DNA of 64,000 bases, taken from positions 98,580 to 162,579 of the forward strand of contig CAVYSY010000022.1 of assembly GCA_963771175.1 (NCBI GenBank), read 5' to 3'. Position numbers and translations under genes: made by a program. The notes beneath the pieces were generated by a model, which saw only the letters and a list, made by a program, of their open reading frames with translations, was not told the DNA's origin and made no database searches. Of the stretch, positions 44,243 to 55,947 are shown in pieces; positions within the stretch are counted from its first letter, which is position 1; every line of letters begins with the position of its first letter. Origin of the DNA: an uncultured delta proteobacterium (GTDB taxonomy: Bacteria; Myxococcota; Myxococcia; Myxococcales; Myxococcaceae).

Positions 44243-44812
44243 ATGAGTCGGATTGGAAAGCTTCCGGTCAAGCTGGCGGACAAGACGAAGGCCACGGTAT
44301 CGGGCCGCCAGGTCAGTTTCGAGGGCCCCAAGGGCAAGATGGTCGTTCAGCTTCCCGCCAAGGGCGTGAAGGTGACGATCGCCGGCAACGAGGTGCGGGT
44401 GGATCGCGAGGATGAGTCGCGCGAGTCCCGCAGCCTGCACGGCCTGACGCGCACGCTGCTGGCCAACGCGGCCAAGGGCGTGTCGACGGGCTTCGAGCGC
44501 CGCCTGGACATCCGCGGCGTCGGTTTCCGCGCCGAGGTGAAGGGCAAGACGGTCAACCTGTCGCTGGGCTACTCTCACCCGGTGGTGTTCAACCTGCCCG
44601 AGGGCGTGACGGCCGAGGTCGACAAGGCCGCCCGCACCGAGGACGGTCTGCCCACCCTGGGTCTGACGCTCCGCTCGGCGGACAAGGAGGCACTTGGAGC
44701 CGCCGCGGTGAAGATCCGCGCGCTGCGCCCGCCCGAGCCGTACAAGGGCAAGGGCATCAAGTACGCCACCGAGAAGATCCGCCGCAAGGAAGGCAAGACC
44801 GGCACCACCTAG
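44243..44812 (+). CDS. rplF: 50S ribosomal protein L6
   Basis: MSRIGK, LGYSHP, PEPYKGKGI. Confidence 0.98.
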   Translation: MSRIGKLPVKLADKTKATVSGRQVSFEGPKGKMVVQLPAKGVKVTIAGNEVRVDREDESRESRSLHGLTRTLLANAAKGVSTGFERRLDIRGVGFRAEVKGKTVNLSLGYSHPVVFNLPEGVTAEVDKAARTEDGLPTLGLTLRSADKEALGAAAVKIRALRPPEPYKGKGIKYATEKIRRKEGKTGTT

Positions 44813-44908
44813 TCGGAGTGAACACCCAACCGCGCGGCTCCCTTCGGAGTCGCGCAATCATCCGGCGGTGGAAGTCCCCATCGCCGCCGGACGGAGAAGG
44901 AATCATCC

Positions 44909-45265
44909 ATGTCGAAAAAGCTCGATCCGCGCATCAAGAGGAAGAACCGTATCCGCAAGAAGCTCTCGGGAACTTCCGAGCGTCCGCGGCTCACGGTGTA
45001 CAAGAGCCTCAAGCACATCTATGCCCAGGTGGTCGACGACACCACCGGCCGCACCCTGGCCTTCGCCTCGTCGCTCTCCAAGGAGCTCAAGGGCAAGGAT
45101 GAGGGTGACAAGAAGGCCGAGGCCAAGCGCGTGGGCTCGCTCATCGCGGAGAAGTGCAAGGCGGCCAATCTCGAGGCGGTGGTGTTCGATCGCAACGGCT
45201 TCCCGTACCACGGGCGCATCGCCGCCGTGGCGGATGCCGCGCGCGAGGCCGGGCTGAAGTTCTAG
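44909..45265 (+). CDS. rplR: 50S ribosomal protein L18
   Basis: [18 protein letters not shown]. Confidence 0.98.
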   Translation: MSKKLDPRIKRKNRIRKKLSGTSERPRLTVYKSLKHIYAQVVDDTTGRTLAFASSLSKELKGKDEGDKKAEAKRVGSLIAEKCKAANLEAVVFDRNGFPYHGRIAAVADAAREAGLKF

Positions 45266-45292
45266 AAACCTTTCGAATAAGGAAGTTCCCAA

Positions 45293-45811
45293 GTGGCAAC
45301 TCCGATCAATCCGAACGATCTCGACCTCACCGACCGGGTGGTGAACATCAACCGCGTCGCCAAGGTGGTGAAGGGCGGCCGGCGGTTCTCGTTCGCCGCG
45401 CTGGTGGTGGTGGGCGATGGTGCCGGCCACGTCGGCGTGGGGCTGGGCAAGGCCAACGAGGTTCCCGAGGCCATCCGCAAGGGTGGCGAGAACGCGAAGA
45501 AGAACCTGTTCCGCGTTCCGCTGCAGGGTCACACCATCCCTCACGAGGTGCTCGGGCACTTCGGCGCGGGTTGGGTGCTCCTGAAGCCGGCCGGTGAGGG
45601 TACGGGCGTCATCGCCGGTGGTGCGGTGCGCGCGGTCCTCGAGGCGGCGGGCATCCGCAACATCCTGACCAAGAGCCAGGGCTCGCGGAACCCCCACAAC
45701 GTGCTGAAGGCGACGGTGGCCGGGCTGAAGAACCTGCGCTCGCCGGAGCAGGTGTCCCGCCTGCGTGGCAAGGACGTGGGTCCCCAGAAGAGCGAAGAGG
45801 CGAGGGGCTAG
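45293..45811 (+). CDS. rpsE: 30S ribosomal protein S5
   Basis: [22 protein letters not shown] start. Confidence 0.98.
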   Translation: MATPINPNDLDLTDRVVNINRVAKVVKGGRRFSFAALVVVGDGAGHVGVGLGKANEVPEAIRKGGENAKKNLFRVPLQGHTIPHEVLGHFGAGWVLLKPAGEGTGVIAGGAVRAVLEAAGIRNILTKSQGSRNPHNVLKATVAGLKNLRSPEQVSRLRGKDVGPQKSEEARG

Positions 45812-45813
45812 TC

Positions 45814-46074
45814 ATGGCGCTGAAGATCAAGCTGACGAAGAGCTTCGCGGGTGCGTCCGAGGAGATGCTCGCGACCATCCGGAGCCTCGGGCTGAAGAAG
45901 TTCGGCCAGGAGCGGCTCCTCCAGGACACGCCGGCCATCCGCGGCATGGTGAACAAGGTTCGTCACCTGGTGACGTCCGAGACGGTGCAGGGCGAGGCTC
46001 CGAAGACCGCCCGCCGCAAGCCTCGGAAGATCCGCGAGCGCGAGGCCGCTCGCGCCAGCCAGGCGAAGGCCTAG
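45814..46074 (+). CDS. rpmD: 50S ribosomal protein L30 with C-terminal extension
   Basis: SLGLKK, DTPAIRGMVNKVRHLV; synteny. Confidence 0.95.
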   Translation: MALKIKLTKSFAGASEEMLATIRSLGLKKFGQERLLQDTPAIRGMVNKVRHLVTSETVQGEAPKTARRKPRKIREREAARASQAKA

Positions 46075-46092
46075 AGCAAGAGGATTCCGACA

Positions 46093-46608
46093 ATGACTAC
46101 GCTCAACAACCTGAAGCGCCCCGAGGGCTCCTGGCACCGCAAGAAGCGCGTGGGCCGCGGCCAGGGTAGCGGTCTGGGCAAGACGGCAGGCCGTGGTGGC
46201 AAGGGCCAGAAGGCTCGTTCCGGTAACATGCGGTTCGAGGGCTTCGAGGGTGGCCAGAGCCCCCTGCAGCGCCGGCTGCCGAAGTTCGGCTTCAACTCCC
46301 CCAACCGCACCATCTACGCGGTGGTGAACCTGGTGGACCTCGAGGCGTTCGACGCGGGCGCCACGGTGGATGTGGCCGCGCTGGAGCAGCGGGGCCTCGT
46401 GAAGGGCCGCTATGATGGCGTGAAGGTGCTCGGCACCGGCACGCTCACCAAGAAGCTGTCCGTCCGGGTGCACAAGCTCTCGGCGACTGCCCGCGGGGCG
46501 GTCGAGAAGGCGGGCGGTTCCGTGGAGGAGCTCCCCCTTGTGGCCCACAAGCCCGAGTCCGCCGCCAAGGCCCACGCCGGCAAGGGCGTGAAGAAGGCCC
46601 GCTCGTGA
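46093..46608 (+). CDS. rplO: 50S ribosomal protein L15
   Basis: RVGRGQGSGLGKTAGRG, FEGGQSPLQRRLPKFGF. Confidence 0.98.
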   Translation: MTTLNNLKRPEGSWHRKKRVGRGQGSGLGKTAGRGGKGQKARSGNMRFEGFEGGQSPLQRRLPKFGFNSPNRTIYAVVNLVDLEAFDAGATVDVAALEQRGLVKGRYDGVKVLGTGTLTKKLSVRVHKLSATARGAVEKAGGSVEELPLVAHKPESAAKAHAGKGVKKARS

Positions 46609-46734
46609 GGGGAGGGCGCTGCACACTCTTAGTGGTGCGCGCCTCTCTCTCCGTGTAGGATTCCGCGCCCCTTTCCGAATTCGGACAGGGGCGCTGTTGT
46701 TCTGGCTGAAACCTTTTTGGGGGATGGATCCCAC

Positions 46735-48081
46735 GTGGCTCTGAACGCCTTCGCCAACGTCTTCCGCATCGCGGAGCTGCGCAGCCGGCTCATCTATACG
46801 CTCGCGCTGCTCGCGGTGTACCGCATCGGCATCTTCATCAATACGCCTGGCGTGGACCGGGCGGCGATGAACGCGTTCATGGACGCCCAGCGCCAGTCGG
46901 GCGGCCTGTTCTCGCTCTTCAACCTCTTCTCCGGCGGCGCCCTGGACCAGATGTCCATCTTTGGTCTGGGCATCATGCCGTACGTGTCCGCCTCCATCAT
47001 CATCCAGCTCCTGGCGGTGGTGGTCCCCAGCCTCGAGCGGCTGCAGAAGGAAGGCGCCGGCGGTCGGCAGAAGATCAATCAGTACACCCGCTACGGCACC
47101 ATCGTCCTGTCCATCATCCAGGGCATTGGCATCTCGCGCTGGCTGGCCTCGCTGGGCCGCACCGACGCGGGCCAGAGCGGCTTCAACCAGGTGGTGGTTC
47201 CCATCGACAGCGCCTGGTTCACCTTCATGACGGTGATCAGCCTGACGGCGGGCACCGCGTTCATCATGTGGCTGGGTGAGCGCATCACCGAGCGCGGCAT
47301 CGGCAACGGCATCTCGCTCATCATCTTCGCGGGCATCGTGGCGGGCCTGCTCCCCAGCGGTAAGACGCTGCTGGACCTCGTGCAGCAGGAGGTCGTCAGC
47401 ATGGCGGCCGTGGCGGCCCTGCTGTTGTTCATGGTGCTCGTGGTGGGCGTGGTGTGCTACGTCGAGCGCGGCATGCGGCGCATCCCGGTGCAGTACGCCA
47501 AGCGCATGGCCGGTCGGCGCATGTTCGCGGGGCAGGCGACCTACTTCCCGATGAAGGTGAACACCTCGGGCGTGATTCCCCCGATCTTCGCCGGCGCGCT
47601 GCTCTCCTTCCCGGCCACGCTGGGTACCTGGTTCCCGTTCCTCCAGGGTGTGCAGCGCAGCATCGAGTCCAGCCCCTGGGTGTACAACGGCATCTTCGTC
47701 CTGCTGATCATCTTCTTCTCGTACTTCTACACGGCGCTGACCTTCCGGCCGGACGACGTGGCGGACAACATCAAGAAGCAGGGCGGCTACATCCCGGGCA
47801 TTCGTCCGGGTCGGCAGACGGCGGACTTCATCGAGGGCGTGCTCAACCGCATCACCTTCGGCGGCGCGCTCTACCTGGCGGCCATCTGCGTGATTCCGTC
47901 CATCATCACCAACATGTTGGGTGTGCGCTTCACCTTCGGCGGCACGGCGCTGCTGATCGTGGTGGGCGTGGCGCTGGACACGGTGCAGCAGATCGAGGGT
48001 CACCTCATCAGCCGCAACTACGAGGGCTTCGCCGGTCCGCGCGGCCCCCGCATCCGTGGTCGCGTCCGCGTGGCGGCCTAG
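46735..48081 (+). CDS. secY: Preprotein translocase subunit SecY
   Basis: LGIMPYVSASII, GIGNGISLII, IPGIRPG, GGTALLIVVGV. Confidence 0.98.
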   Translation: MALNAFANVFRIAELRSRLIYTLALLAVYRIGIFINTPGVDRAAMNAFMDAQRQSGGLFSLFNLFSGGALDQMSIFGLGIMPYVSASIIIQLLAVVVPSLERLQKEGAGGRQKINQYTRYGTIVLSIIQGIGISRWLASLGRTDAGQSGFNQVVVPIDSAWFTFMTVISLTAGTAFIMWLGERITERGIGNGISLIIFAGIVAGLLPSGKTLLDLVQQEVVSMAAVAALLLFMVLVVGVVCYVERGMRRIPVQYAKRMAGRRMFAGQATYFPMKVNTSGVIPPIFAGALLSFPATLGTWFPFLQGVQRSIESSPWVYNGIFVLLIIFFSYFYTALTFRPDDVADNIKKQGGYIPGIRPGRQTADFIEGVLNRITFGGALYLAAICVIPSIITNMLGVRFTFGGTALLIVVGVALDTVQQIEGHLISRNYEGFAGPRGPRIRGRVRVAA

Positions 48082-48220
48082 CTAGAGCAGTGATTTCGCT
48101 GGCGCTCCTCTCCATCGCCCCGGGGAGGGGCGCCTCGTCGTTCCAGGGGTGTTGGAAAGCAGTGGGGGTGATGCGCCGTGCCCCTCCGCTGGCTCCTTCC
48201 TGACGAGCTGAGAGGAACAC

Positions 48221-48868
48221 ATGAACCTCATCCTGTTGGGCCCGCCGAACGCGGGGAAGGGTACCCAGGCGAAGAAGCTGTACGCGGATTTCAAGACTCC
48301 GCAGATCTCCACGGGCGACATTCTCCGCAAGGCGGTTCGCGAGGGCACTGAGCTGGGCAAGCTGGCCGGTCCGCTGATGGCCGCTGGTGCCTACGTGCCG
48401 GACGAGATCGTCATCGGTATCGTGGCGGAGCGTCTCAAGGAGCCGGACTGTGCCAACGGCTTCGTCCTCGACGGGTTCCCCCGTACCATCCCCCAGGCCG
48501 AGGCGCTCGAGCGCATGCTCGCCAAGCTGGGCAAGAAGCTGGATGCCGTGGTGTCCCCCGAGGTGCCGCACGAGACGCTCATCGAGCGCGGCTCGGGACG
48601 TCGCTCCTGCCCCACATGCGGGGCCGTCTATCACGTCTACCAGAGCCCCCCGAAGCAGGCCGGCATCTGTGACAAGGACGGCACCGGGTTGATCCAGCGT
48701 GAGGACGACAAGGCCGAGGTCATCGAAAAGCGTCTGAAGAAGTATGACGCGGAGACCGCGCCCCTGAAGCAGTTCTACGCGCAACGCGGCCTGCTCAAGA
48801 GCATCGACGGGGTGGGCACCCCCGAGGGCATCTACGAGGAGATCAAGAAGGCGCTGGGCAAGGCCTGA
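48221..48868 (+). CDS. adk: Adenylate kinase with zinc lid
   Basis: GPPNAGKGT, LDGFPRT, CPTC...CDKD lid. Confidence 0.97.
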   Translation: MNLILLGPPNAGKGTQAKKLYADFKTPQISTGDILRKAVREGTELGKLAGPLMAAGAYVPDEIVIGIVAERLKEPDCANGFVLDGFPRTIPQAEALERMLAKLGKKLDAVVSPEVPHETLIERGSGRRSCPTCGAVYHVYQSPPKQAGICDKDGTGLIQREDDKAEVIEKRLKKYDAETAPLKQFYAQRGLLKSIDGVGTPEGIYEEIKKALGKA

Positions 48869-48955
48869 GGGCCTCCAGGGCAGGCGGGAGGGTAGAGGCG
48901 GGGCGCACGGAGTGTGCGACCGCCTCGCGGCGGTTCCACCAGGGTCGAGGCAGCG

Positions 48956-49714
48956 ATGAGCCAGGTCGAGATCAAGAGCCAGGAGGAGATTGCCCTCATG
49001 CGCGAGGCAGGGCGCATCGTGTGCGAGATCCTGGACGAGCTCGAGAAGGCGGTGGCGCCGGGCGTCACCACCTGGGACTTGGACGCCCTGGCGGAGAAGC
49101 TCATCGCCCAGAAGGGAGCCAGGCCAGCCTTCAAGGGCTACCGCGGCTTCCCGGCCTGTCTGTGCGCCTCGGTCAACCACGAGGTGGTGCACGGCATCCC
49201 CTCCAAGCGGCGCAAGCTGCAGGAGGGGGACCTGATGAAGCTGGACTTTGGGGTGGTGTACCGGGGCTTCTTCGGGGACTCGGCCCGGACGGTGCCGGTG
49301 GGGAAGGTGTCTCCCGAGGCCCAGGCCCTGCTGGACGCCACCCGTGAGGCGCTGAACAAGGGCATCCAGGCCATGGTTGCCGGCAACCGCATCGGCGACA
49401 TCGGCCACGCGGTCCAGCGCTACGTGGAGGCCCGCGGATTCTCGGTGGTGCGCGACTTCACCGGCCATGGCATCGGCCGGCACCTCCACGAGAAGCCCGA
49501 GGTCCCCAACTACGGCCAGCCAGGCAGCGGCATGAAGCTCCGTCCGGGAATGGTCCTCGCTGTCGAGCCCATGGTAAACCAGGGCACTTACGAGGTGGAC
49601 CTTCTCGAGGACGACTGGACAGCCGTCACCCTCGACAACAAGCTTTCCGCGCACTTCGAGCACACGGTGCTCATCACCGAAGGAGGGCCGGAAGTCCTCA
49701 CCCGTCGCAGGTAG
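48956..49714 (+). CDS. map: Methionine aminopeptidase type I
   Basis: VVHGIP, GHGIG..LHE, AVEPM, SAHFEHT. Confidence 0.97.
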   Translation: MSQVEIKSQEEIALMREAGRIVCEILDELEKAVAPGVTTWDLDALAEKLIAQKGARPAFKGYRGFPACLCASVNHEVVHGIPSKRRKLQEGDLMKLDFGVVYRGFFGDSARTVPVGKVSPEAQALLDATREALNKGIQAMVAGNRIGDIGHAVQRYVEARGFSVVRDFTGHGIGRHLHEKPEVPNYGQPGSGMKLRPGMVLAVEPMVNQGTYEVDLLEDDWTAVTLDNKLSAHFEHTVLITEGGPEVLTRRR

Positions 49715-49785
49715 GGGCAGGTGGGTGAAATACGTGGGAGTACACGGGGGTTCGTAGGATTTCGTGGTTTACTGCGCGAGGATGC

Positions 49786-49814
49786 TTGTCACTTGCGGAC
49801 CGAAGTGGTATCCC
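49786..49814 (+). promoter_or_regulatory. Candidate sigma-70 promoter upstream of infA
   Basis: TTGTCA-N17-TATCCC with TG extension, then GCCGCGC. Confidence 0.45.
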
Positions 49815-49859
49815 GCCGCGCTTCCAGGAGTTCAGGTGGTCCGCAAGAGGGTTATCTGA

Positions 49860-50078
49860 TTGCCGAAGGATGATTCCATTGAAGTTGAGGGGACGGTCAT
49901 GGAGCCCCTCCCGAACGCGATGTTCCGCGTGGTGCTGGATAATGGCCACAAGGTGCTCGCGCATATCTCGGGCAAGATGCGGATGCACTTCATCCGAATC
50001 CTCCCGGGCGACAAGGTGAAGGTCGAGCTGTCCCCGTACGATCTGTCCCGGGGCCGCATCACCTACCGGGCGAAGTAG
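49860..50078 (+). CDS. infA: Translation initiation factor IF-1
   Basis: [28 protein letters not shown] start. Confidence 0.98.
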   Translation: MPKDDSIEVEGTVMEPLPNAMFRVVLDNGHKVLAHISGKMRMHFIRILPGDKVKVELSPYDLSRGRITYRAK

Positions 50079-50154
50079 AAGGGGCCTGCTTCCGCGGAAT
50101 GGCGGACAGGCCCTCGAGGCTTTTCTCTAAAAGCGAAGGAAGGGAAGTACCGCC

Positions 50155-50271
50155 ATGAAGGTTCGGGCGTCCGTCAAGAAGATTTGCGACAAGTGCAAGG
50201 TTGTCCGCCGCAAGGGCATCGTGCGCGTCATCTGCGCGTCCAACCCGCGGCACAAGCAGCGCCAGGGCTAA
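50155..50271 (+). CDS. rpmJ: 50S ribosomal protein L36, zinc-binding form
   Basis: Manual translation [38 protein letters not shown]; below ORF-track cutoff. Confidence 0.97.
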   Translation: MKVRASVKKICDKCKVVRRKGIVRVICASNPRHKQRQG

Positions 50272-50323
50272 GGTCCTCAGGGCCTGAAGCTCCAGACCAA
50301 CTCCACACCGAGGAACGAAGAAG

Positions 50324-50707
50324 ATGGCTCGTATCGCTGGCGTCGACCTCCCGCCCAACAAGCGCGCGGTGATCTCGCTCCAGTACATCTATGGGATCGG
50401 CCAGAAGTCCGCCCACGACATCATCGAGGCGGCGGGGATCGACCTCACCACCCGGACCAAGGATCTCACCGAGGAGCAGGCGCGGAAGATCCGCGAGATC
50501 CTCGAGGCCGACTACAAGGTCGAGGGTGACCTCCGTCGTGAGGTGACCATGAACATCAAGCGCCTGATGGACCTGGGCTGCTACCGCGGCCTGCGTCACC
50601 GCAAGGGCCTGCCTGTTCGTGGTCAGCGCACGCACACCAACGCGCGTACCCGCAAGGGCCCGAAGCGCGGCATCGTGCGCGCCAAGCCGGCGACGGCCGC
50701 TCGCTAG
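50324..50707 (+). CDS. rpsM: 30S ribosomal protein S13
   Basis: [27 protein letters not shown]. Confidence 0.98.
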   Translation: MARIAGVDLPPNKRAVISLQYIYGIGQKSAHDIIEAAGIDLTTRTKDLTEEQARKIREILEADYKVEGDLRREVTMNIKRLMDLGCYRGLRHRKGLPVRGQRTHTNARTRKGPKRGIVRAKPATAAR

Positions 50708-50775
50708 TTCTTCCACCTGCGCCGGCCCCGTGAGGAGCCGGCGTCGATCACCTGCTTCCAGGAGCAACGAGTTCC

Positions 50776-51225
50776 ATGGCTGAAGAGACCAACGCGCCTG
50801 CGGCCCCGGCCGCTGCCGCCCCCGCGACGGGCGAGACCCCCGCCGCGGCGCGCAAGAAGGGCAAGAAGGGCAAGAAGAGCATCCTCAACGGCGTGGTCCA
50901 CATCCAGTCCACGTTCAACAACACCATCATCACGATCACGGACGTGTCCGGGAACGTGATCTCCTGGTCGTCCGCCGGCGCCCGTGGCTTCAAGGGCAGC
51001 CGCAAGTCGACGCCGTTCGCCGCCCAGGTTGCCGCTGGCGACGCCGCCGCGAAGGCCATGGAGCACGGCCTGAAGAACGTGACGGTGCTGGTGAAGGGCC
51101 CGGGCGCGGGTCGTGAGTCCGCCCTGCGCGCTCTGGCCGCCGCCGGCCTGAAGATCGCGCTCATCCGCGACGTGACGCCCATCCCGCACAACGGCTGCCG
51201 TCAGGCGAAGCGCCGCCGCGTCTAG
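50776..51225 (+). CDS. rpsK: 30S ribosomal protein S11
   Basis: [25 protein letters not shown]. Confidence 0.98.
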   Translation: MAEETNAPAAPAAAAPATGETPAAARKKGKKGKKSILNGVVHIQSTFNNTIITITDVSGNVISWSSAGARGFKGSRKSTPFAAQVAAGDAAAKAMEHGLKNVTVLVKGPGAGRESALRALAAAGLKIALIRDVTPIPHNGCRQAKRRRV

Positions 51226-51289
51226 TTCCACTCCGGGCCGCTCTCGTCGTCGGGAGCGGCCCTAGACCACCTTTACACGGAGAAGCATC

Positions 51290-51917
51290 GTGGCTCGTTA
51301 TACCGCCAGCGTCTGCCGCATCTGCCGGCGCGAGAATCTGAAGATGTACCTGAAGGGCGACCGCTGCTACACGGACAAGTGCGCCATCGAGCGCCGCCCG
51401 TATCCCCCCGGTCAGCACGGCCAGGGCCGCGTGAAGTTCTCCGGCTACGGCGTGCAGCTGCGCGAGAAGCAGAAGGTCAAGCGCATGTACGGCCTGCTCG
51501 AGAGCCAGTTCCGCGGCTACTACCACCGCGCCTCCGCGGCCAAGGGCAAGACCGGTGAGAACCTGCTGCAGCAGCTCGAGCTCCGCCTGGACAACGTGGT
51601 GTTCCGCATGGGCTTCGCGGACACCCGCGCCGAGGCCCGCCAGCTGGTGCGCCACGGCCACTTCACGGTGAACGGCAAGCGGGTGAACATCCCGTCGTTC
51701 GCGGTGAAGCCGGGCGCCGTCCATCGAGGTGGCCGACAAGAGCCGGAAGATGCTCCGCATCTCCGAGGCGCTGGAGACCGTGGATCGCCGTGGCGTGCCG
51801 CAGTGGATCGAGGTGGACAAGAAGGGCTTCAAGGGCACGGTGAAGACCGTCCCGAACCGCGAGGACCTGACCATGCCGATCCAGGAGCAGCTGATCGTCG
51901 AGCTGTACTCGAAGTAA
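51290..51917 (+). CDS. rpsD: 30S ribosomal protein S4, apparent frameshift near 51720
   Basis: [28 protein letters not shown]. Confidence 0.97.
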
Positions 51918-52110
51918 TCGGCTCTGCTCGCTCGCGAGCGAACCGCTGGAGCTGTCGTACGCGCCCTGGCCTCACCGCCGGGGCGTCGTGCTCTGCCGGA
52001 CCCTGCATGCAGCCCGCGAGGCCTGGTGCTATCCAAGGAACCCCACGTGCCCATCCTCCCGCTCCTTGGCGGGTACGTCGGTGGTGGCGCACGTCAAGGA
52101 GCAGAAGCAC

Positions 52111-53185
<1,075 letters not shown>

Positions 53186-53358
53186 CAAGCTCTCGCAGGA
53201 CCTCCTCCCGCGCGGTGGCACGGCAGCGTGCCGCGGGGGAGGAGGGGGTCTTCCCAGGCCCAACATGCAACGGTGGACCTCGTGTCGGGTCCATCCTTCC
53301 CACCCGGTACCTCGTACGGCCGGAGTGGTGGACCCGCTGAGGGTCCGGAGTACGCACC

Positions 53359-53784
53359 ATGCGTCATAAGGTCGGACAGAGGAAGCTCCACCGCACCACG
53401 AGCCACCGGCTCGCGATGCTCGACAACATGGTCACCTCGCTGCTCGAGCACGAGGCCATCCGCACCACGTTGCCCAAGGCCAAGGAGGCCCGGGCGCTCG
53501 CCGAGCGCATCATCACCCTCGGCAAGCGCGGTGGGCTGTCCAACGTGCGCCTCGCGGAGCGGACGGTTCGCAGCCGCGACATCCTCCAGAAGGTGTTCAG
53601 CGAGTACAAGGACCGTTACGCCAATCGCCCGGGCGGTTACACCCGCATCGTGCGCCTGGGTTTCCGCAAGGGTGACGCCGCCGAGATGGCCCTGCTGGAG
53701 CTGGTGGATCGTCCCGCCAAGGCCGCTGCCGAGGCCGCTCCCGAGGTTCGGACAAGACGGAGTAGTCGGCCGTCGGTAGGGTAG
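53359..53784 (+). CDS. rplQ: 50S ribosomal protein L17 (true stop may be 53765)
   Basis: [26 protein letters not shown]. Confidence 0.97.
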   Translation: MRHKVGQRKLHRTTSHRLAMLDNMVTSLLEHEAIRTTLPKAKEARALAERIITLGKRGGLSNVRLAERTVRSRDILQKVFSEYKDRYANRPGGYTRIVRLGFRKGDAAEMALLELVDRPAKAAAEAAPEVRTRRSSRPSVG

Positions 53785-53789
53785 TGCAC

Positions 53790-53822
53790 GAGGGCGTCCT
53801 TCCTCCTGGGAAGGGCGCTCTC
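53790..53822. terminator. Hairpin between rplQ and the convergent gene
   Basis: GAGGGCGTCCTTCC...GGAAGGGCGCTCTC inverted repeat. Confidence 0.6.
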
Positions 53823-53847
53823 GCGCTTTCCGGGGTACCGCGAGCGT

Positions 53848-54486
53848 CTACTGCTCGTCCTCGGTGAGGTTCCTGCCGTCCTCGAGCAGCATCGCGCGGC
53901 CCTCGGAGGTGCGCATCTCGACGCCGCGGATGACGATGTCCGAGGGCGCCGCCTGGCCGCTCGTGCCCAGCAGCTGCTTGGGGCTGATGGTGACTTCCTT
54001 CGTCGGTGCCACGCCGGCCACCGAGGCCCGCCACTCCGCCCCCCGGTTGTCCGTCACGACGATGATGACGTCCGTCCAGGACTCCTCGCTCTTGTTCAGG
54101 ATCGAGATCGAGGCCCGGCTGGGAATCTCCACGAGCTTCGCGCCGAAGTCGCCCGTCTGCTTCGCTCCCCGCGCCCAGGTGGTGCCGAAGGTGGCCACCG
54201 ACATCAGCACCCAGCCGCCCACGATGAAGGCCTTGTACTTGAAGAAGCGGTCCTGCTCGCGGAACTCCTGGACCTTCTCCTTGACGATGGAGAGGGCGTT
54301 CAGGGCCACGTTGGCGGACTCGGACTTCAGTCGCTGGCCGATCGCGCCCTGCTGCTGCTCCTTCGGCAGGGGCGCGGTGCGCGTGGCGGTCATCACGCGC
54401 TGGTTCGTCTGCGACACGCGCGGCACGTTCGGAGACGACGGCGTCACGCGCGGCGGCTGCTGGGGCTGGTTGGCACCTTCACTCAT
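53848..54486 (-). CDS. Hypothetical single-pass membrane protein
   Basis: Uninterrupted ORF; one TM (AFIVGGWVLMSVATFG) followed by a beta-rich domain. Confidence 0.7.
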   Translation of the reverse strand: MSEGANQPQQPPRVTPSSPNVPRVSQTNQRVMTATRTAPLPKEQQQGAIGQRLKSESANVALNALSIVKEKVQEFREQDRFFKYKAFIVGGWVLMSVATFGTTWARGAKQTGDFGAKLVEIPSRASISILNKSEESWTDVIIVVTDNRGAEWRASVAGVAPTKEVTISPKQLLGTSGQAAPSDIVIRGVEMRTSEGRAMLLEDGRNLTEDEQ

Positions 54487-54522
54487 CGGGCTTCCAGTGT
54501 AGAGGGCGCGGGCTCCCGCTGG

Positions 54523-55938
54523 CTACTGCCCCCTGGGGCTCTTGAGCTGCTGCAGCGCCCGGGAGGCCACTGCGTTCTCCGGCTGCGTCTCCAGCACCTT
54601 GCGCAGCCACTTCTCCGCCTTCTCGGCCGCCACCCGGCGCTCCTCGGGCTTCGACGACTGCTTCGCCTGCTCCGTGAAGAGGATGCCCAGGCGCAGGATG
54701 AACTCGAGGTTCTCCGGGTCCTTGTCCACCACCCGCATCAGCTCGCGCTCGGCGCCCGCCCAGTTGCCCTGGAGCTGATAGACCAGCGCCAGCTTGCCTC
54801 GCGGCGCCACCTCGTCCGGCTGCAGGGCCGTGAGCACCCGGAAGGACTCCTCGGCCGCCTTCAGGTCCCGGCGCTCCAGGTGGAGGTCTCCCAGCCGGAA
54901 CCAGGCCGTGTCCAGCAGCGGGTTGAGCGCCACCGCCTTCTCCAGGTACGGCCGCGCCGCCTCCGGCCTCTGCCGCGCCAGGTACAGCTCGCCCAGGTAG
55001 AAGTGGTTCTTGCCGTCCTCGGGCGCCAGCTCGATCGCCCGCTTGAACTCGTCCACCGCCCGGCCGGCGTCGTCCAGCCGCTGCCAGGCCAGCCCCAGCA
55101 GCGCGTGCACCACCGCCAGGTCCGGGTAGTCCCGCAGTATCTCCTCGAAGGCCACGATGGCCTGGTGCGGTGCGTCCAGCTCCTGCATGTAGCGCATCGC
55201 CTCCTCCAGCTTGGGCTCGGCCGCCTTGGGGAAGCGCGCGAAGGGGTCCGCGATCTGGTCCATCAGCGCCCGCGCCGTGGCCACCTCGGAGGGGCTCGGG
55301 TTCATCCGCACCCACGCGCCCAGCGCCGCCACCGCGCCCGCCGCGTCCCCCGTCCGGTGCAGGGCCTTGGCCAGTGGCAGGCCGGATGGCCGTGCGCTCC
55401 GGGGCGAGCTCGGCCGCCCGGCGCAGGGAGCCCACCGCCGCCGTGTACTGCTCGGACTCCAGCCGCGCGAGCCCCAGCCGGTAGTGGAACTCGGGCTCGT
55501 CCGGCTTCAGCGCCAGGGCCCGCTCGAAGGCCGCCACCGCCGGCGCCCCCGGCGTCCGAGGCCCGCGAGAAGTACGCCAGCCCCAGCATGTAGTGGTTCG
55601 CCGCCCGCTCCGCCTGCGCGTTGCGGCGCTGCAGCTCGGCGATCCACGCGTCCGTGCGGCCCGCCTTCACCTGGGCCTCGGTGAGCGACTCGTGCCAGCT
55701 CCAGATCCTCCGGGGCCCGCGTGTACTCGGCCTCCAGCAGCGGCAGGGCGCGCTCGGGCTGCTTGTTCGCGAGGTACTCACGGGCCTGGGCGCGCGCGTC
55801 GAGCGGGCGCTCTCCGGCGGTGGCGCCATGGCGGCACCCGGTGACGAGGCCCAGGCCCAGCACGGCCACTCCCGCCCACGTGGGCAGGCGGCGGCGCGGG
55901 GAACGACGGGAGTCGGAAGGGGGAGGGCGCACGGGCAA
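54523..55938 (-). CDS. TPR repeat lipoprotein, apparent frameshifts
   Basis: LVTGC lipobox; repeated LG...A...F/LxxAxxLxP motifs. Confidence 0.75.
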
Positions 55939-55947
55939 GGGGTCTCC

